Shown here: in pieces, positions 39,494-44,493 of the stretch
Layout of the letters: the number at the start of each line of letters is the position of its first letter
Position numbering within the stretch: position 1 is the stretch's first letter
Origin: Flavobacteriales bacterium
GTDB taxonomy: Bacteria > Bacteroidota > Bacteroidia > Flavobacteriales > JANQLC01
Assembly (NCBI GenBank): GCA_036881805.1
Contig: JBAJNK010000092.1
Coordinates: 1-44,493, forward strand
Direction: 5' to 3'
DNA: 44,493 nt
Translations under genes and position numbers: made by a program
Notes under the pieces: model-generated
Told to the model about the DNA's origin: nothing
Database searches by the model: none
What the model saw: the letters and a program-made list of their open reading frames with translations, nothing else

Positions 39494-39626
39494 GAGATGA
39501 TATGTTAACGGAAGTCGATTTACAAAAGGCTTGTACAAAGGCAAAATCCAGTTCGATTTGGCACCCGTTTTTTACATCTGATCACCCCAGCCATCCCTCC
39601 AGCACCCAACCCCACCATGAGCTGGC

Positions 39627-41060
39627 TCAATCCATTTCAGTGATCCGAATCGTATTGACCATTCCTTTGTTGCGAACCGGCATCGCAGAGAGGTTTAAAA
39701 TGTAGCCCCCCTTTTCTACAATTCCCTTTTTTACAGCGATTTGGTTTACTTCTCGAATGGTTTTATCCGTCGTATGCCATTTATCGTAATAAAAGGCATA
39801 CACCCCCCAGAGCAAGTTGAGCATCCGCAATATATTTCGGTTGTCTGTAAAGGCTAAGGTATGACAAAAGGGCCGGTGCGAACTGAGCTGAAAAGCCGTG
39901 TACCCCGAATGCGTAAGCGTCACGATGGCTTGCGCATGGATCTCGACAGCCATTTGTGCGGCATCATAGCAAACCACATTGGTTATATATCGGCTTTTTT
40001 CGGCTGGGTCGGGTTTGTGATCGGGGCGCGAAATCAGCCTCGAATCCTCTACCCGTTTGATGATCCCAACCATGGACTTTACGACCGCAACCGGATATTT
40101 GCCCACAGCCGTCTCACCGCTGAGCATGACCGCATCGGTACCATCCATCACGGAGTTTGCCACATCGTTCACCTCAGCACGCGTGGGGGTGAGGGAATCC
40201 ATCATGCCCTCCATCATCTGCGTCGCAATAATGATGGGCTTGCGCGCCACTTTGGCCTTTCGCACCAACATTTTTTGGACTAAGGGCACCTCCTCAAGTG
40301 GCATCTCGACACCGAGATCGCCACGTGCCACCATAAGTCCATCGGCATGCGGCAGGATGCCATCGATATTTTTGACGGCCTCGGGCTTTTCTACTTTGGC
40401 AATGATGGGGATTCGGTAGTCCGCGTGTTCATCCAACAAGGCGCGCAGCGCCATTAAATCTTCAGGCGTGCGGACAAAGGAGAGCGCCATCCAATCCACG
40501 CCGATCTGTGCGGCAAAAATAGCATCTCGTTTATCCTTTTCGGTGAGGGCCGGCAACAAAATTTTTGTCTCGGGCAAGTTTACGCCTTTCCTACCCTTCA
40601 GCGGGCCACCCTGGACAATCCTGGCTTTTACCACATCTATTCGGTTGGTATCCAGTACTTCCATGACCAACTTACCGTCATCGAGCAAAATGATTTCCCC
40701 CGGGTTTACGTCAAGGGGGAAACGCGTGTATGTCATGTATACTTCACGTCGGGTTCCCACTTTCTCCTTATTCGTAAACGAGATTTCATCCCCGGATTTG
40801 ACAAAGACACCGTCTTCTACCGCGCCAATGCGGAGCTTAGGCCCCTGCAAGTCAGCCAAAACCGCTACGTTATATCCCCTTTCCGCATTGATTTCATGTA
40901 TCGTTTTGACGCAGACCCTAACGGTTTCAAAATCGGCATGAGAAAAATTAATCCGAAATACATTTACGCCTTGAGTCATCATTTCAGCGATGATTTCACG
41001 CGTATGGGTAGCGGGTCCCATGGTGGCCACTATCTTTGTTTTTTTTCTAAACATCGACAT
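39627..41060 (-). CDS. pyk: Pyruvate kinase
   Basis: TKIVATMGP, RINFSH, DLQGPK.R, IAKVEK, MVARGDLG, ATQMM, PTRAE..DV and MLSGETA motifs. Confidence 0.98.
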   Translation of the reverse strand: MSMFRKKTKIVATMGPATHTREIIAEMMTQGVNVFRINFSHADFETVRVCVKTIHEINAERGYNVAVLADLQGPKLRIGAVEDGVFVKSGDEISFTNKEKVGTRREVYMTYTRFPLDVNPGEIILLDDGKLVMEVLDTNRIDVVKARIVQGGPLKGRKGVNLPETKILLPALTEKDKRDAIFAAQIGVDWMALSFVRTPEDLMALRALLDEHADYRIPIIAKVEKPEAVKNIDGILPHADGLMVARGDLGVEMPLEEVPLVQKMLVRKAKVARKPIIIATQMMEGMMDSLTPTRAEVNDVANSVMDGTDAVMLSGETAVGKYPVAVVKSMVGIIKRVEDSRLISRPDHKPDPAEKSRYITNVVCYDAAQMAVEIHAQAIVTLTHSGYTAFQLSSHRPFCHTLAFTDNRNILRMLNLLWGVYAFYYDKWHTTDKTIREVNQIAVKKGIVEKGGYILNLSAMPVRNKGMVNTIRITEMD

Positions 41061-41521
41061 TAAAAAATTAAATTGCGCTTTGACTTCAACCGCTCGGCAT
41101 CTATCTCGACAGCCATGTGCAGGCCCGTTATGGGTGTAATTCGTTTTAAAATCGCTCGACCCACATGCGCCTCAGCCTGTGCGACTTTTAAAAAGCAGTC
41201 GATCTCCTTTCGCTCCGGAATCAAATACACCTGATACTCGCTCTCTTCAAAAAGCCTATCCCTGACAGATCGCTGTATTCGAGCGCGGTTTTCAATCAGG
41301 GACCAATGCTGCTCCTTTGCTTTATCAAAATAAGCGTAGCGCGGATAACAAGCTTGGGCATCCAACATTTTATGGTAGCAATCCAAATCTCTCGCCGTTC
41401 TTTCCAGTCGAATCCGAAGCGCTCGATTCAGGTGAAATGCCAGCCGAAACGACTCCCATACGCAGCGAAAGCCGAACAGCAAAAAGCGATCCGTTTCCCA
41501 TTCAAAGGAAATCTTTTTCAT
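41060..41521 (-). CDS. IPExxxVDY family protein
   Basis: YLIPERKEIDCFLK motif and C-terminal LKSKRNLIF; typical position upstream of pyk; ATG 41521. Confidence 0.85.
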   Translation of the reverse strand: MKKISFEWETDRFLLFGFRCVWESFRLAFHLNRALRIRLERTARDLDCYHKMLDAQACYPRYAYFDKAKEQHWSLIENRARIQRSVRDRLFEESEYQVYLIPERKEIDCFLKVAQAEAHVGRAILKRITPITGLHMAVEIDAERLKSKRNLIF

Positions 41522-41551
41522 AGGAAGTGAAAAAGGTACGTCTTTTTCTCC

Positions 41552-41578
41552 AAACCGAGGAGTTCGATCACACCTCGG
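41552..41578 (-). terminator. Hairpin after fabF
   Basis: Minus strand reads CCGAGG-N12-CCTCGG-TTT. Confidence 0.45.
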
Positions 41579-41589
41579 GTTACGCCGAG

Positions 41590-42840
41590 CTACATGCGCT
41601 TGATCAAAATACACGCATTGTGGCCGCCAAACCCAAATGTATTGCTCATAGCAATATGCACCACCCTTCGATGCGCTTTATTGAAAGTGAAGTCCAATCG
41701 GCTATCGATTTCTCCATCGTCTGTAAAATGGTTGATCGTCGGCGGTATGATACCGTGTTTCAGCGTTAGGGCCAAAGCGATCAACTCGACCGCACCGGTA
41801 GCGCCCAACAGATGGCCGGTCATGGATTTGGTCGAGTTGAGGCTCATCTCATACGAATTTTCACAGCCAAAGACCTCTTCAATGGCTTTGGCTTCCATTT
41901 TATCGCCCAAAGGGGTAGCGGTGCCGTGCATGTTTATGTGGTCGACCTCCGCAACGGAAACCCGCGCATCTGCCAGGGCGTTTTTCATCACCGTTTTAAA
42001 GCCCTCGCCTTGCGGATGGGGTGCGGTCACGTGGTAGGCATCCGCGGAAAGCCCCCCCCCCCCCATTTCACAATACGCTTTGGCACCGCGCGCCTTGGCG
42101 TGCTCATATTCTTCCAAGATCAGACACCCAGCACCTTCACCCAGCACAAAGCCATCGCGATCCCTGTCGAAGGGGCGCGACGCCGTCTTGGGGTCATCGT
42201 TCCGTGTGGAGAGCGCACGCAGTGCATTAAACCCACCGATTCCCGCCTCGGTTATCGCCGCTTCTGAACCCCCGCAAACAATGGCATCGGCTTTTCCCAA
42301 ACGGATGTAATTGTAGGAGTCTATAATGGCATTTGCAGCAGAAGCGCAAGCCGAAACCGTGGTAAAGTTGGGTCCCTTAAACCCATACTTCATACTGATG
42401 TGCCCGGACGCCATATCGGCTATCATCTTGGGAATAAAATAGGGGTTAAAGCGCGGTATCCCATTACCCCGGACAAAATCGCCGACCTCTTCCTGAAAGG
42501 TAAACAAACCGCCCACACCGGAGCCCCAAATCACGCCGATACGGTCTTTATTCAGCCCGTCATCCAGCAAACCGGCATCTGCTATACCTTCGTGCGCAGC
42601 GACCATAGCATACTGTGAATACGGGTCTAAGGTTCTGATTTCCTTTCGCTCAAAGTGATCCGTCGCCTGGAAGCCCTTTAGCTCACAGGCAAACTGAGTT
42701 TTAAAATTAGAAGCATCAAAACGCGTAATAGGCAGCGCACCGCTCACCCCCTGCACCAAAGCTTCCCAGTATGATCGGACATCATTGCCGATGGGAGTCA
42801 ATGCACCGAGCCCTGTAACTACTACTCGTTTCAGCCTCAT
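41590..42840 (-). CDS. fabF: 3-oxoacyl-ACP synthase II
   Basis: VVVTGLG, SACAS, PFD..RDGFVLGEG, HGTATP, GHLLGA and SNTFGFGGHN motifs. Confidence 0.98.
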   Translation of the reverse strand: MRLKRVVVTGLGALTPIGNDVRSYWEALVQGVSGALPITRFDASNFKTQFACELKGFQATDHFERKEIRTLDPYSQYAMVAAHEGIADAGLLDDGLNKDRIGVIWGSGVGGLFTFQEEVGDFVRGNGIPRFNPYFIPKMIADMASGHISMKYGFKGPNFTTVSACASAANAIIDSYNYIRLGKADAIVCGGSEAAITEAGIGGFNALRALSTRNDDPKTASRPFDRDRDGFVLGEGAGCLILEEYEHAKARGAKAYCEMGGGGLSADAYHVTAPHPQGEGFKTVMKNALADARVSVAEVDHINMHGTATPLGDKMEAKAIEEVFGCENSYEMSLNSTKSMTGHLLGATGAVELIALALTLKHGIIPPTINHFTDDGEIDSRLDFTFNKAHRRVVHIAMSNTFGFGGHNACILIKRM

Positions 42841-42841
42841 A

Positions 42842-43081
42842 TTACTTGTTCAATATTTCCTCGATATAACGAATTGCTTGACCTACAGTAGTGATGCGCT
42901 CGGCTTGATCGTCGGGGATCTGAATGTCAAATTCTTTCTCGAACTCCATGATCAACTCAACTGTATCGAGTGAATCCGCACCCAAATCATTGGTAAAGCT
43001 CGCTTCGGGGGTTACCTCATTTTCGTCGACGCCCAACTTATCGACGATAATGGCCTTTACTCTTGACGCAATATCAGACAT
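42842..43081 (-). CDS. acpP: Acyl carrier protein
   Basis: [17 protein letters not shown] motif. Confidence 0.99.
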   Translation of the reverse strand: MSDIASRVKAIIVDKLGVDENEVTPEASFTNDLGADSLDTVELIMEFEKEFDIQIPDDQAERITTVGQAIRYIEEILNK

Positions 43082-43110
43082 AACTTTCCAATTTTAGTTA
43101 AATTCGCTTG

Positions 43111-43185
43111 CAAAAGTAACAAAGTTAGGCAAAACAACGTTTTTCATAAGAGATAAGAAGAAAAACCCCGGTGTGTTTATCTTTG
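43111..43185. promoter_or_regulatory. Divergent -7 promoter boxes for acpP (-) and rnhA (+)
   Basis: TACTTTTG on the minus strand at 43111-43118; TATCTTTG on the plus strand at 43178-43185. Confidence 0.6.
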
Positions 43186-43195
43186 GCTCCTGAAT

Positions 43196-43681
43196 ATGAA
43201 AGTGATCGTCTATACCGATGGCGCCACAAGCGGTAACCCCGGTCCTGGCGGGTATGGCGTCTATATGTTTACCCGAGAAATTAAGCGGTCTAAGCAGCTC
43301 TCCCAAGGGTTTCGGCTCACCACCAACAACCGCATGGAGCTCATGGCCGTTATCGCGGCACTCGAACAGCTCAAGAATCCACCCCAGGATGTTGAATTGC
43401 ACACCGATTCCAAGTACATAAGCGATGCGGTAAACCAGTCTTGGCTGTGGCGCTGGGCAAAGGGAAATTTTAAAGACAAAAAAAATGCGGATTTGTGGCA
43501 CCGGTTTATCCGGCTTTATAAAAAACACCGGGTAAAGATCAATTGGGTGAAAGGCCATGCGGAAAATCCATACAACCAGCACGTAGACGGCTTGGCGGTT
43601 GCCGCTTCCCAAGGAGATGCCCTGCACGTGGATCGCAACTATGAGAAAAGCCATTTTTTCAGGCCGCGCCCACAAGGGTAA
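43196..43681 (+). CDS. rnhA: Ribonuclease HI
   Basis: YTDG...GNPGPGG, TTNNRMEL, TDSKY, N.DLW and WVKGHA...N...D.LA motifs. Confidence 0.97.
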   Translation: MKVIVYTDGATSGNPGPGGYGVYMFTREIKRSKQLSQGFRLTTNNRMELMAVIAALEQLKNPPQDVELHTDSKYISDAVNQSWLWRWAKGNFKDKKNADLWHRFIRLYKKHRVKINWVKGHAENPYNQHVDGLAVAASQGDALHVDRNYEKSHFFRPRPQG

Positions 43682-44200
43682 AAAACGAGTCCCGCTTTTT
43701 AAACTGCCAAACGCGGGAAAAACAAATCCACAAAAGGGTAAAAACAGGGTATAAGACCGACTTTTTAAGCCGACACACGAGGCGAGGACAAAAGACGAGT
43801 GGCGCTTTCAAGTTTCAAGGCTTTACAAAAGATTAGCAGCGCGCACCCACTGTGGACAAAAGCAAAAAACCCCTCTTTTTTCAAACTACCCTATATGGAG
43901 GAAAAACGCTTTTTAAATCATTCTCTAAGGTAAAGAGATAAAGGATAACCCCCGCTTTTCAAACCGACCCCACAAAGAAAAATAATCCTCCAATCGACGC
44001 TAGGAAAAAAACCACAAACGAGACCGGATACTTTTTCAAACACGTCGCAGGTCAAAACCAACAGCAATGGGTATAAGTGCTCAAACGCTCGATCGGACAA
44101 AAATAAAACCCCACTTTCAAGCCACAAGAGGTCAAAGCCAAAAAAGCCCCTTTTTCAAACTGTCACACAGAAAAAAACAAATCCGATTTTTAGGCACCGC
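43645..44200 (+). repeat. Degenerate tandem array B (same family as array A)
   Basis: Cores at about 43656, 43696, 43762, 43806, 43878, 43910, 43956, 44033, 44115, 44152 and 44187. AAAGCCCCTTTT(T)CAAACTGTCA occurs at both 30140 and 44143; TTTTCAAACCGAC occurs at both 30426 and 43956. Confidence 0.72.
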
Positions 44201-44239
44201 GCATCCGAGGCGCGATACAAACCATTCAAGGGGAAAACA

Positions 44240-44493
44240 CTCGGACTTTCCAGTCCAAGAGATCAGGACCCAGATGTCAGTTTGAAATATTACGACCCCC
44301 GTTTTCAGTGCTTTAGCGAGTGGGGACAAAGTGAGTTAAAATCTTTCTCCGCCTTTGTTAAAAAACTGCGCACCACAACTTGGACGGATATTTACAAGAG
44401 CTCTGGAAGTAGCGGAAAAAAGTAGGATTTGGAATGACCTACCACAAGGATATAAAAAAGCTACCCTCATTAGAAGTGACTCAAAAAATAAGC
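44240..44493 (+). pseudogene. Start-less, frameshifted MAG6450/RelE-like protein fragment (runs off the window)
   Basis: VSLKYYDPRFQCFSEWGQSELKSFSAFVKKLRTTTWTDIYKSSG, then a frameshift at A6 (44416-44421), then VGFGMTYHKDIKKLPS. No in-frame ATG upstream; family recognised from memory only. Confidence 0.5.

Noticed and set aside
43094-43675. 193-aa minus-strand ORF upstream of acpP, about the size of PurN
   Set aside because: It is the antisense of rnhA and has no PurN motifs (SG.GSN, NIHP..LP).
30140-44200. Arrays A and B as CRISPR arrays (the GCTTTCAAA core resembles part of some Bacteroidota type II-C repeats)
   Set aside because: Units are far from identical, the ~40-bp period is too short for repeat plus spacer, and there are no cas genes in the window.
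1-44493. tRNA, rRNA, IS/transposase or integrase genes
   Set aside because: No cloverleaf or T-loop signatures, rRNA motifs, DDE or tyrosine-recombinase motifs, or terminal inverted repeats were recognised by eye.

Overview
A stretch of Bacteroidota (Flavobacteriales-like) chromosome, mostly housekeeping genes: nusA-infB, polA, fabH, korB, metG, pncA, tsaB, a heme-copper oxidase accessory cluster (cyoE, two subunit III genes, subunit IV, SCO, DUF420), deoC, a tricorn-like S41 protease, sdhCAB, pepP, rnr, hemD, pyk, acpP-fabF and rnhA. The phylum call rests on protein types and on many TAnnTTTG -7 promoter boxes. The window shows signs of gene erosion. rimP, rnc and purN are absent from their usual positions, korB has no adjacent alpha subunit, MetG lacks its C-terminal domain, and tag carries an in-frame deletion between repeated LKKR motifs. 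Small fragments of a DNA methyltransferase, an MFS transporter and a MAG6450/RelE-like protein are also present. The two most unusual elements are (1) a degenerate repeat family with a ~35-47 bp period and core CCC(G)CTTTTCAAAC, forming two arrays (~30140-30620, ~43645-44200) plus isolated copies, often next to accessory gene fragments, and (2) a putative surface lipoprotein with two 6-Cys modules, whose promoter spacer contains slippage-prone T8/(AT)n tracts. All family assignments are from motif recognition; no database searches were run.
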